From contig DUVQ01000121.1 in NCBI GenBank assembly GCA_012840965.1, positions 14,907 to 78,906 on the forward strand: a stretch of DNA of 64,000 bases, read 5' to 3'. Within the stretch, counting starts at the first letter, position 1. Every line of letters starts with the position of its first letter. This DNA is from Oligoflexales bacterium. GTDB lineage: Bacteria; Myxococcota_A; UBA9042; DTJE01. The notes under the pieces are model-generated. The model was given only the letters and a program-made list of their open reading frames with translations, did no database searches and was not told the DNA's origin. This document shows, in pieces, positions 1 through 9,150 of the stretch. The position numbers were made by a program, and so were the translations under genes.

Positions 1-155
1 ACACGCGAGTTTATCTTTTAGCAAGATTGCGTCTGTCAAACAGTCCGTAATCACGAGGTTTATGCATTCAACTAATCAAGGTTGATTGACTTCTTTTTCG
101 GCTCGCTGATAATCAATCGGACGAAAGCGGGGGCCGTTTAACGGAGAAGGGACCG

Positions 156-635
156 ATGAACCAAGAGCAAGACACACTACAAGAAGGATTCTTTACGACA
201 AGTGTGCGAGCGGCCTTAAACTGGGGGCGCAAGTACTCCTTGTTTCAATATCCTTTTGTTACTGCCTGCTGTGGCATGGAATACATGTCTGTCAGTTGTG
301 CTCACCACGATGTGGCTCGTTTTGGTGCTGAAGTCCCAAGGTTTACCCCAAGGCAAAGTGATTTGCTGTGGGTTGTTGGCACCATTACCCACAAAAACGC
401 TCCGGTTTTGAAGCGGATCTATGATCAAATGTGTGAGCCAAAGTGGGTTATCGCATTTGGTGTGTGTGCTTCAAGTGGCGGATTTTATGACAATTATGCC
501 GCCGTGCCTGGGATCGATCACATAATCCCGGTTGATGTCTATCTCCCAGGCTGTCCCCCACGTCCAGAGCAGGTATTTGATGGACTGATGATGCTTCAAG
601 AGAAGATTCAGCGCGGTCCGATGATGTTGAAATAG
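156..635 (+). CDS. NADH-quinone oxidoreductase subunit B family protein (NuoB / hydrogenase small-subunit-like). The four cysteines for the N2-type [4Fe-4S] cluster are conserved.
   Basis: 159 aa. Motifs ACCGMEYM, GVCASSGG and PGCPP match the NuoB/PSST cluster N2 ligands. A GGAGAAGG ribosome-binding site (RBS) precedes the ATG. Confidence 0.75.
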   Translation: MNQEQDTLQEGFFTTSVRAALNWGRKYSLFQYPFVTACCGMEYMSVSCAHHDVARFGAEVPRFTPRQSDLLWVVGTITHKNAPVLKRIYDQMCEPKWVIAFGVCASSGGFYDNYAAVPGIDHIIPVDVYLPGCPPRPEQVFDGLMMLQEKIQRGPMMLK

Positions 636-648
636 CAGGAGGTAAGTC

Positions 649-1296
649 ATGTCTGAAGCGTTGGAACTTCGTGCTTACACCTTCATTGATAGCTTGCAAC
701 CCCAATTGGCCTCGTTTATTGCCACTGTTGCTCGCGGTTTTTTGCCACTTGAGGATCAAGCCGCCCTTTTTGTCGAGATATCACCGGGTTTACACATTAA
801 TGTCCTTACTGATTTGGTGGTAAAAAGGACGGCTGCCATTCCAGGGATGCAAATCGTCGAAAGAGCCTATGGGCTTCTTGAGGTTCACCACCAGGATCAG
901 GGCCAGATTCGAGAGGCTGGTAGAGTCATTTTTGAGAATCTGGGTTTAAAGGAAGAAGATCGACTAAAGCCACTTATCACATCAACTCAGATGATTACTG
1001 GCGTCGAGAACTACCACACCCATCTGATTAACACCATGCGCCACGGGCAGTTTTTGTTGAAGAACGAAACGCTGCTTGTGGTCGAGTGTCACCCTGCTGC
1101 TTATGCTGCCATTGCCGCTAATGAAGCTGAAAAGGTGGCCCCCATCAATCTCCTTGAGATGATTAGCTTTGGGGCCTTTGGGCGTCTTTACTTGGGTGGG
1201 CCTGAAGACAACATCCGTGAAGCGTCTGCCGCGATTGAAAAAACTTTGGCGGGCCTTGATGGGCGGCCAAATGCTGGTAAGTCCTTGGTGTACTAA
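649..1296 (+). CDS. Bacterial microcompartment shell protein, tandem permuted BMC domains (BMC-T, CcmP/CsoS1D-like)
   Basis: 215 aa with two internal repeats. Strings ELRAYTFIDSLQPQLASFIATVARGFLPL, ...AANEAEKVAPINLLEMISFGAFGRLYLGG resemble recalled CcmP/CsoS1D sequences. AGGAGG RBS. Lies 13 nt after the NuoB-like gene. Confidence 0.65.
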   Translation: MSEALELRAYTFIDSLQPQLASFIATVARGFLPLEDQAALFVEISPGLHINVLTDLVVKRTAAIPGMQIVERAYGLLEVHHQDQGQIREAGRVIFENLGLKEEDRLKPLITSTQMITGVENYHTHLINTMRHGQFLLKNETLLVVECHPAAYAAIAANEAEKVAPINLLEMISFGAFGRLYLGGPEDNIREASAAIEKTLAGLDGRPNAGKSLVY

Positions 1297-1349
1297 ACCA
1301 ACATTTTTGTTACCTGGATTTCTTGGATACAATTGGCTATCAAAAGTCA

Positions 1350-1379
1350 TTGCACTACAATGCGTTAATTTCGTATAAT
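1350..1379 (+). promoter_or_regulatory. Candidate sigma70-type promoter: -35 TTGCAC (1350-1355), 18 nt spacer, -10 TATAAT (1374-1379)
   Basis: Perfect -10 hexamer and near-consensus -35, about 23 nt upstream of the lipoprotein start at 1402. Confidence 0.45.
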
Positions 1380-1401
1380 CCCGCGAGCATCGGAGGTAGG
1401 T

Positions 1402-2973
1402 ATGCGAGAACTCAAGCTTGTGTTGATGGGGACTTTTCTGGCTGTGTTTGCCATGGGATGTGGGGGTTCAAAGACCACAGACCCAGACTTTAGTCCAGAC
1501 ACTCCGACAATGGATCTTAACTATGGCGAAGACACGCCTGATGATGACCAGGCTGAGCCAAGGGAGGATTTGGTTGCTGACGAAGCTGAGCCTGAGGTTG
1601 AAGACTCGGATGAGGCAGATACCTACGTCCCACCTGAACCTGGCACCTTCGGCTATCCATGCAAGGATGGTAATGACTGCCATTCAAACTTCTGTGTTGA
1701 CACCCCGACTGGAAGCGTTTGTACAACAACGTGTGTTGCCGATTGTCCACAGGATTGGGCTTGTAAGATGACTTCGGTTGCTGGTGACCCCATCTCAATC
1801 TGCATGCCAATATTTTTGACCCAATGCGATCCTTGCGTTGAGACGAGGGACTGCAACTCCGACATGGCTGGAGGTACGTCGCTGTGCCTGGACATGGGGA
1901 ATATTGGTAAGTTTTGCGCCGCAGATTGCTCAATCGATGGCTACTGTCCACAGGGATACTTCTGCAAGGATATAACGCTGCCAGGTGGCGCTATTGCAAA
2001 CCACTGTGTGCCAAAAGACGATGCAGAATGCGTGTGTTCAGTCCGAGCCATAAACTTGGGCGCGTCGACCGTTTGCCATGTGGAAAATGAGCACGGCAGA
2101 TGCCCTGGTGAGAGGCGATGTTCAATCCATGGATTGTCAGAATGTAACGCGAAAACACCTCGTCCAGAGGCTTGCAATGGTGTGGATGACAACTGTAATG
2201 GGCTGACCGATGAAGGACTTGAACGGTTCCCCTGCGAAAAGAAGAACGAGTTTGGTACTTGCGAGGGGTTTGGTTACTGTGCCAACGGCTCAATAGTTGA
2301 CTGTGACGCCCGAGAACCACAACCCGAGCTATGTAATGGAATCGACGATAACTGTAATGGTGAGACTGATGAGGATCTTTGCTACGACGGAAAGGATTGT
2401 ACAAGAGACACCTGTGTTCCTGGAGCAACCCCTGAAGAATATACATGTGTTTACACCCCAATTGCCGGTCCATGCGACGACCTGAATCCATGCACCATTG
2501 GGGACCGCTGTGACGACCAAGGGAACTGCATGCCTGGTAGTTTGAAGAATTGTGATGACTTAAACCCATGTACCGATGACTTTTGTGAGCCTGGTACTGG
2601 TAATTGTGTGCACACGTACAATTCAGCCCCATGTGAGGATGGCAATTTCTGTACACAAAACGATTACTGCCTAAATGGTGCTTGTAGATCTGGCACCATG
2701 AAGAGCTGCCTTGACGATAATCCATGCACAAAAAATGAGCGATGTAACCCTGCAACTGGCGAGTGCGACTGGGATCCTGCTGATGGAGTGTCCTGTGATG
2801 ATCAGGATCCGTGCACAGTAAATGACGTATGTTCCGGTGGAAAGTGTATTGGTCCCGATGACTTCTGTGAAGGTACTGTTTGTCAGCCTCAGGGGGACCA
2901 AGTTATTTGCACTTATTCTTGTGTTGTTGTTCCGTTCATAGGCAACGCAACATGCCCGTGCCTTTGTCTCTAG
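1402..2973 (+). CDS. Cysteine-rich secreted lipoprotein with MopE-like CNGxDDNCNG motifs and DDLNPCT repeats
   Basis: 523 aa. Signal peptide with lipobox (LAVFAMGC). About 70 Cys. Motifs CNGVDDNCNGLTDEG / CNGIDDNCNGETDED and repeated D-LNPCT-D-C units. Confidence 0.7.
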   Translation: MRELKLVLMGTFLAVFAMGCGGSKTTDPDFSPDTPTMDLNYGEDTPDDDQAEPREDLVADEAEPEVEDSDEADTYVPPEPGTFGYPCKDGNDCHSNFCVDTPTGSVCTTTCVADCPQDWACKMTSVAGDPISICMPIFLTQCDPCVETRDCNSDMAGGTSLCLDMGNIGKFCAADCSIDGYCPQGYFCKDITLPGGAIANHCVPKDDAECVCSVRAINLGASTVCHVENEHGRCPGERRCSIHGLSECNAKTPRPEACNGVDDNCNGLTDEGLERFPCEKKNEFGTCEGFGYCANGSIVDCDAREPQPELCNGIDDNCNGETDEDLCYDGKDCTRDTCVPGATPEEYTCVYTPIAGPCDDLNPCTIGDRCDDQGNCMPGSLKNCDDLNPCTDDFCEPGTGNCVHTYNSAPCEDGNFCTQNDYCLNGACRSGTMKSCLDDNPCTKNERCNPATGECDWDPADGVSCDDQDPCTVNDVCSGGKCIGPDDFCEGTVCQPQGDQVICTYSCVVVPFIGNATCPCLCL

Positions 2974-3063
2974 GCCTTTTTCAGAAAATCCCCAGGGATC
3001 CTTTTTGCTGTGCTGTGGAATAAAATCCAGCCGAAGTGCGTTCTTGCAAGCACTGGAGGTCGT

Positions 3064-3666
3064 ATGGCCATTTGGAAAAGTCGCAAGTCAAATTCAGAAA
3101 GATTTAAAAGGGAGGCGCTGCCTCACCTTGATGCCGTTTATCGTTTCGCGCTGACCATGACCCATGATGGAGCTTTGGCCGACGATTTGGTTCAAGAAAC
3201 CTACATGAAGGCGTTGGCAGCTTTTGATTCGTTTCAAGAGGGCACCAATTGTAAGGCTTGGCTGTTTCGTATTTTGCGCAATACCTTCGTGAACCAGGTT
3301 CGTGACAGGCGTAAAGAGGTGGTTGTTGAGGAGATTCCTGAAGGTTTAGGGGCTTTATGGGCTGATTCTTCCTCGTTTTCTGACCCAGAATCCGCTGTGA
3401 TCCTGGCTTCAACGCGCCAGCAATTGCAAAACGCCTTGAATGCATTACCAATCGACTTTAGAACAGCGGTTTCCTTATCTGATATTGAGGGGCTGACGTA
3501 CCAAGAAATCGCTGATGTCATGGCTACCCCCATTGGAACTGTTATGTCCAGGCTGTATCGCGGCAGGCGGATGATGAAGGAGTATTTGTTGAGACAAGGT
3601 CAGCAAAGCAACTCACAAGGAAAAGTACTGTCATTAGTTGGTTCAAAAACTGGAAGGGGAGGTTGA
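3064..3666 (+). CDS. ECF-type RNA polymerase sigma-70 factor (RpoE-like)
   Basis: Sigma region 2 (DLVQETYMKALAAFDSF...WLFRILRNTFVNQVRDRR) and region 4 (LTYQEIADVMATPIGTVMSRLYRGRRMM). Start chosen at the internal ATG with a GGAGG RBS; the ORF track extends it to 3010. Confidence 0.8.
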   Translation: MAIWKSRKSNSERFKREALPHLDAVYRFALTMTHDGALADDLVQETYMKALAAFDSFQEGTNCKAWLFRILRNTFVNQVRDRRKEVVVEEIPEGLGALWADSSSFSDPESAVILASTRQQLQNALNALPIDFRTAVSLSDIEGLTYQEIADVMATPIGTVMSRLYRGRRMMKEYLLRQGQQSNSQGKVLSLVGSKTGRGG

Positions 3667-3667
3667 T

Positions 3668-4384
3668 ATGGACTGTGAACACCTGCCCAAATATGTGGAT
3701 TTTTTCTTGGATGGTGAGTTGGCGGACGTGGAGCATGCCGCCATTGAGGCTCACTTGCAGCAGTGCGAATCTTGTCGCGAAGTGATTAGTCGCGAATCAC
3801 GCTTTAGAGCCGCATTACGCCAATCTTTGCGTACGGTTGTGGCACCTGGCAGCCTTAGGGACCAGATTGAGGCCAAGATCGACTCGGCTGGCAAGTCGAG
3901 ATACCTGCCGACGTTGGCGTATGCTGCTGGAATCGCACTTATAGCTGGCCTTGGTTATGCGGTGGTGGCAAACATCATTGCGAATCCAGGGTTTGAAGAG
4001 CAGGCAATAGCCTTTCACCAGCAAAACGAAAAGACCGAGATTGTGGGTAATAGATCTGAGGTTGATTCCTTTTTGAAGATCAGGGCTCCGTTTTCGTATC
4101 AGGTTCCGCTTGAGGATACTGGGGACATAAAGCTGGTTGGCGCACGGCTTGCCACGGTTGGTGGTAATCCTGCTGTGGTGTTCTTGTATGACGGTGGTGG
4201 ACGCAGATTTTCTGTGACTCAGTATAAGCCGCCCTCTGATTGGCAGCCTGGTCCCGCCAGGATTGGGCGCCAGGAAGGGTACACATACGCGACATATGGG
4301 GATGGTGCTTTGGTCCAAACGCTGGTGGGCGATATGCCTGAGGCTGAGCTGACCAAAATTGTTCCTGCTGCCTGGCAAAAGTAG
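3668..4384 (+). CDS. Zinc-finger (zf-HC2/ZAS-type) anti-sigma factor with a single transmembrane helix
   Basis: H-x3-C-x2-C motif (HLQQCESCRE). Transmembrane segment LAYAAGIALIAGLGYAVVANII. Starts 1 nt after the sigma stop with a GGGGAGG RBS. Confidence 0.7.
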   Translation: MDCEHLPKYVDFFLDGELADVEHAAIEAHLQQCESCREVISRESRFRAALRQSLRTVVAPGSLRDQIEAKIDSAGKSRYLPTLAYAAGIALIAGLGYAVVANIIANPGFEEQAIAFHQQNEKTEIVGNRSEVDSFLKIRAPFSYQVPLEDTGDIKLVGARLATVGGNPAVVFLYDGGGRRFSVTQYKPPSDWQPGPARIGRQEGYTYATYGDGALVQTLVGDMPEAELTKIVPAAWQK

Positions 4385-4403
4385 GGGCGTGGCTGGACGA
4401 GGA

Positions 4404-6092
4404 CTATTTAACAAGTAATGAATTTCCAATAAAACGCGTTTCGATGGGTTCGCTTGGATTAAGGCTTGAAAGTGCCAATTCCACTGCCTGAAGCGCATTT
4501 TGCATCCAATATTCCAGGTAAACGGCGTCGGCCTCGTCGGTAAGTCCCAGTTTTACAGGCTCTAACTCTTTTAATTTGGGGCGCAGTTGCTGTCCATCAA
4601 ACGCAGCCACCAATAGCCGTTTTACATCCTCGGAATCTAAGGGTTCAAGGGAGACGGCGCCATCAATAATATTTCTGGCCCAAGCAGTTGCCAGAATGTT
4701 TTCAAAGGTTGCTTTAACCAGTCCAGCTGTCGCTTGGTCCGTCCCAGGGGCATACCCTAGTTTATCCATGGCAAACCTGACCATGAAATCAGCCCGTGCT
4801 GTCAATTGCTTGGCCCAATCTGCATCCTGCGTCGTTTGAAAGTTTCGAACCTGGAAACCGCTACCAACGAATTGGCCAATCATTGGCAAAAAAGCTGCAA
4901 GTGCAGTAAGGCTGGCAGCAATCTCTTCACCAAACAGGCTGAGTTGCGAAGAGCCCAGGATTTTTCCAATGATGCTGCGAGCCTTTATGTGGGCAGGTCT
5001 AACTACCTGGACGCCAGCTTTAAAAAGCTCAGCTGGCCAAGCGACAATCAGGAGGTCTGCGGCTGTTTCCAGGTTATTTTGTGACAGTTCCTGAAGCCCC
5101 AAAGACATGAAGGACAGGGTGCGGTCTGAGGCATCCTTCCAAGCCTCAGAGTCCATCGGGTCTGTTTCAACTGCAGCAAAGACCCTGTTTACAAGCAAGG
5201 TCATTTCCTGGATGTATCCAGATATGTCAGCGCTTTCTTCGGCGATTGCAAGGGCCTTCCAAAAGAAAAGTTTCGAATCGCTTTTTAAAACTTGTAATCC
5301 AAGGGCCGTCCCTTCAGCTGTCCTGGCCGAGATTTTCCCAAGTTGCTTTTCAATTCGTTCAATCAGTGTTTGCTTTAGTTCGGCTAGGACTATCGGCTCG
5401 AAAAGCGAAAAACGGTCCAAACTACGTGGAAATCCAACGTCTTCAAGGCGGGCCTCTCGGAAATGTTCAGCTTGGTCTGCTATTGAAGCTATGGTGTCAC
5501 GACGGCCAGCTTGAATTAGCGAGTGAGCCTCTTCAACTCCGGATGCATAAAGCAATTCCATCAGTTGGCGCAGCGGTGCCACATCGTCCGGAGTGTTGCA
5601 CACTACCAAAAATACACCGTCAGGAGAGTTGAAAAAGACATCATCTGGAATTGAAACGTTTTCTGCCTCTTCCTGGGTGTATACCGTCGCTTTTGAAAAA
5701 ATTCGCAGCGCTATAGTTTCAGGACCAAGCTCGTTTACAAACTGGACAGCAAAATCCCAAGACTCCGCTAGGGCCAGTCCCATGACTTGGTCGAATTTTG
5801 CAGGCTCCAAAGCCGCGTCTCTCCAGATGGCCAGATCCACGAAAGTTTGGCGTTGCTCTTTTGTTGCAAAAGGTAAAAGTTCAAAAGCGTCCTCAATGCC
5901 GATGTCTCTAACTAAATGAAATACTTCGTCGTTTCGTAACGCCTTGAAAACAGCTGGTAAATCTTCTGTTTCAGTTAAAATTCTAAGCTTGTCGGTACCT
6001 GATAATCCGGCGAAATTTTTGGGTAGACTTACCGATTGTTGTGAGGCGCCTTGTGTGGCTAACATCTTGGTTTTATGTGGCTTTGGTTCCAT
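4404..6092 (-). CDS. Hypothetical protein (562 aa, no recognised domain)
   Basis: Long ORF with coding-like composition. No family recognised by eye. Confidence 0.4.
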   Translation of the reverse strand: MEPKPHKTKMLATQGASQQSVSLPKNFAGLSGTDKLRILTETEDLPAVFKALRNDEVFHLVRDIGIEDAFELLPFATKEQRQTFVDLAIWRDAALEPAKFDQVMGLALAESWDFAVQFVNELGPETIALRIFSKATVYTQEEAENVSIPDDVFFNSPDGVFLVVCNTPDDVAPLRQLMELLYASGVEEAHSLIQAGRRDTIASIADQAEHFREARLEDVGFPRSLDRFSLFEPIVLAELKQTLIERIEKQLGKISARTAEGTALGLQVLKSDSKLFFWKALAIAEESADISGYIQEMTLLVNRVFAAVETDPMDSEAWKDASDRTLSFMSLGLQELSQNNLETAADLLIVAWPAELFKAGVQVVRPAHIKARSIIGKILGSSQLSLFGEEIAASLTALAAFLPMIGQFVGSGFQVRNFQTTQDADWAKQLTARADFMVRFAMDKLGYAPGTDQATAGLVKATFENILATAWARNIIDGAVSLEPLDSEDVKRLLVAAFDGQQLRPKLKELEPVKLGLTDEADAVYLEYWMQNALQAVELALSSLNPSEPIETRFIGNSLLVK

Positions 6093-6234
6093 TTGTAATC
6101 CTTAAAAAGCAATCTTTGCTGGCTTTACCCAGCTTTTGTTGTTAAACAGACGCCAGCTTGCAAAAGCGCCGTTAGACAAGTAGTCTACCGCAGTTTTGGT
6201 TTGATACTTTGTTCAAGTTCGTAATCAAATACTA

Positions 6235-9138
6235 ATGGGGCTAAAAATGGCTTTATTAAAACAGTGGGGTGGGGTGGCCACGCTAGTTGTTGCTTCCATC
6301 ATTCTTATTGCTGGTGTTTGGGCGCCAGGTCTTTGGGAACCTTGGGAGATGGACCAATCCCAAGTCAGCCGACTTATGGCTGAGCCGCCTTTGGTTTTGG
6401 TGGCTGAGCCAGGTAATGGTGAAATAAAGGGCAAATTGGAAGCCGGGCTTGCAGATCGAGCGAAGATTGAAGCTTTGTCCGGGGGTTACGATGCGATAAG
6501 GACGGCTACCAGCGACAGGATTTTCGAAGCTGTTGTCATCGATATTGATGGGAGCATCAGCAGTAATGACGATGTCGAGGGCGTCAAGGCGTTGGCAAGC
6601 TTCCTTGCGTCTTCGGCTGTAAAAAACCGTTCGACTAAATTTATCATCTACTCTGGTGGCATGCTTGATTTGCAGGCTATTCACAGCGCAATAAAGGCCC
6701 AGTGGGCGCAGCAAGAAACGACCGATGAGCCACATGTAGCCAAGATGAATGGCTTGGCAGCCTCTTTGACTGAATTTGCCACTCCCGATGAGTTGGTTCC
6801 CAGCGTAAAGTCAGCGTTGGCTGGTCACTCGTGTATTGCCCAGTTTAAAGAGGGTGGATACACCGTATTTTTGGCGCCTTTGCACCCGTGGCTTGTATCT
6901 AAATCATTCAAGATTTTTGGGTTTAACGAGTTTGGCGCTCGTTTTCCATCAGCGCTGATGGGAATTCTTACCCTGATCGTCATCTTTTTCGGGGTTAGAC
7001 GTGCGTTTGATGAAAAAACAGCCATTTTATCGGTCATTATTCTTGCCTCAAGCAGCCTCTTTTTGATTGGTTCTCGTTTTGTACAACCAGGTGCATCGAT
7101 TCAATTTGCCTTGGTGCTAGCTGCCACTGCGTTTGGCGTGGCAGTAACAGGAGCTTTTCGAGTTTGGCCTCTGGTTGTGCTGGGACTGGCCACGATTTTG
7201 CTTTACTTTGCCGGTGGCATGACCGGTCTTGTCATCATCGTCAGTTTGGTGCTTGCTTATCCTCTGGTGGTTGGAAAGTTGTCGCGCCAGACCTTGATTG
7301 CGGCCGCGGTGGTAGTCGGCTTGCTGCTTGTTGGCACTATCCTGACTTTTGTACCTGATGCAGCCTACTTCCTCCAGTTTAGATTTACCAAGGCCCTGTT
7401 CAGCGACGGGATGCAGCCTGTGTATCACAACTACGCTTTTGCCATCAAGCAGATCGGTTTTGGGCTGTTTCCATGGTCTGCCTTTTTGCCCTTAGTATTG
7501 GCATATGCCGTTTCCTTCAAGGAGCCCAAGTCTACCAAAGTCCTTGTTCTTATAGGTGTTTTGGCGCCACTTGGCATGCTGATGATCTCCATTTTTGCCT
7601 TTGATCAGACTTTTTATTATGGAACTCCGTTTTTAGCTGTTCTGATCGCTCTTTATCTGCGTGATCGCGAGGATGATGCACTGGAATCGCGGTTGCTTGC
7701 CCTCTTTGGATTTGGACTGTTTTTGTTACTGGCCAGAAATCTTCTGAAATCACCAGACCCAATAATTTCATTTTTAACCACCGACCCAATGTTTGTCGCC
7801 CCCGGCAAGGGAGACCCCGCATTTCCTGAAAGCGTGTCATTACCTAGCTTGGCTAAGCTTGCTTTGGTGGTTATAGCAGGCCTACTTTTTGCGACCAGTA
7901 CCAAAGCCTTTTCGCTTTTGACCAAGTTGCCAGCCTTTTTGGCGAGGGGGCGCAACTTCTTGATCGTAATGCTGGTGATGGTCGGGGTTATTCTTATCGA
8001 TATCCTCGTTTTTGTAGCGTTGAAATGGGGGCTTTTGGTGAATGGACCTTATCGTGGCAAGGTCCTTTTAAGCATCTTGCTGACCGGTCCTGACATTGTG
8101 TTGCTGTATCTGGTGTGTCTGCTCCTGATTGCAGCTCGTTATGCCGAATCCATTGGAAAGTATGTCAAAAGCGATCTACCAAGGCGCTTTTGGGACGCTT
8201 TGTTGAAGCTGGAAAAGGCGTCTGTCTCTACAGTTGGCATTGCTATCGCAGCCATAGTGTTCGGGTTGACGGTGGCATTTCAGTTGGTTCCAGAACTGTC
8301 TTTGCATTTGTCCCAAAAGCATATAATTGAGGCTTACAAAGTGTCGAATGCCAAGTCGCCTGGAGAGCTTTTCAGGCATCAGCTTGGGCAAAGCAAATCG
8401 AATGTCTATGTTACTGATATCCCAGAGGTAACAGCACGAAATCAAGTCATTTCCAGATTGAAAGACAAATCCAAACGCTCGTTTTTCATCCTGCCAAAAA
8501 ATCAGTTTAGCGAAGTTAATCATGCAATTCGGGCGGCGGGAGGCTCTTTGGCAGTTCTGGATGATTCATCGTCGAGACTTGTTTTAGTCTCCAATACCTT
8601 GGCTGCTGGGGAAGTGGATTATAACTGGCTTGCTGACGCTACTTTGACTGAAGAAGAATTCGCCAAAATTCCCGGGATGCAGACAACATCTGTTGTCTTC
8701 GATGACAAGATCGAGTTAGTCGGTGTCAAGCTTGGAGCGCCAACCGCGAAACGTGGTAGGGAGACTGATATTAAGCTGTATTTCAAGGCTCTTGATAAGA
8801 TTCCGACCTCCTATAGGATGTTTATGCACGTCGACAGAGTTGGGTCGTCATCCCGAATTCATGGTGACCATTGGGTTTTGAACTTGGTAAAGGAAACTGA
8901 AGACCAAAATCAGTGCGTTGGATGTTACGCAACGACCCATTGGCTCAAGGGCGACATTGTGGTTGACACATACAACATCAAGGTCCCTATTGGTGCTCTT
9001 TCGGGGTTGTACAACGTTTGGATTGGCTTTTATCAACCTAGCGGCGGCAGACGCTTAACAGTGACTTCCTTTGACAAAGAAAAGGTCAGGCATGATGGCA
9101 ATAACCGGGTCAGCGTAAGCCCTGTAACCGTGGAATAG
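6235..9138 (+). CDS. Large polytopic membrane protein, PMT_2/ArnT-like GT-C glycosyltransferase fold, with a ~180 aa soluble insertion in the first loop
   Basis: 967 aa with more than 12 predicted transmembrane helices. The motif GYTVFLAPLHPWLVSKSFKIFGFNEFGARFPSALMGILTLIVIFFGVRRAF resembles the PMT_2 signature (...fGvnefaaRlpsal...). Confidence 0.5.
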   Translation: MGLKMALLKQWGGVATLVVASIILIAGVWAPGLWEPWEMDQSQVSRLMAEPPLVLVAEPGNGEIKGKLEAGLADRAKIEALSGGYDAIRTATSDRIFEAVVIDIDGSISSNDDVEGVKALASFLASSAVKNRSTKFIIYSGGMLDLQAIHSAIKAQWAQQETTDEPHVAKMNGLAASLTEFATPDELVPSVKSALAGHSCIAQFKEGGYTVFLAPLHPWLVSKSFKIFGFNEFGARFPSALMGILTLIVIFFGVRRAFDEKTAILSVIILASSSLFLIGSRFVQPGASIQFALVLAATAFGVAVTGAFRVWPLVVLGLATILLYFAGGMTGLVIIVSLVLAYPLVVGKLSRQTLIAAAVVVGLLLVGTILTFVPDAAYFLQFRFTKALFSDGMQPVYHNYAFAIKQIGFGLFPWSAFLPLVLAYAVSFKEPKSTKVLVLIGVLAPLGMLMISIFAFDQTFYYGTPFLAVLIALYLRDREDDALESRLLALFGFGLFLLLARNLLKSPDPIISFLTTDPMFVAPGKGDPAFPESVSLPSLAKLALVVIAGLLFATSTKAFSLLTKLPAFLARGRNFLIVMLVMVGVILIDILVFVALKWGLLVNGPYRGKVLLSILLTGPDIVLLYLVCLLLIAARYAESIGKYVKSDLPRRFWDALLKLEKASVSTVGIAIAAIVFGLTVAFQLVPELSLHLSQKHIIEAYKVSNAKSPGELFRHQLGQSKSNVYVTDIPEVTARNQVISRLKDKSKRSFFILPKNQFSEVNHAIRAAGGSLAVLDDSSSRLVLVSNTLAAGEVDYNWLADATLTEEEFAKIPGMQTTSVVFDDKIELVGVKLGAPTAKRGRETDIKLYFKALDKIPTSYRMFMHVDRVGSSSRIHGDHWVLNLVKETEDQNQCVGCYATTHWLKGDIVVDTYNIKVPIGALSGLYNVWIGFYQPSGGRRLTVTSFDKEKVRHDGNNRVSVSPVTVE

Positions 9139-9150
9139 TTTGGGGGAATC

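Noticed and set aside
1991-2755. 254 aa antisense ORF inside the 1402-2973 lipoprotein gene
   Set aside because: The opposite strand has lipoprotein signal, RBS and recognisable Cys motifs. The antisense translation is featureless.
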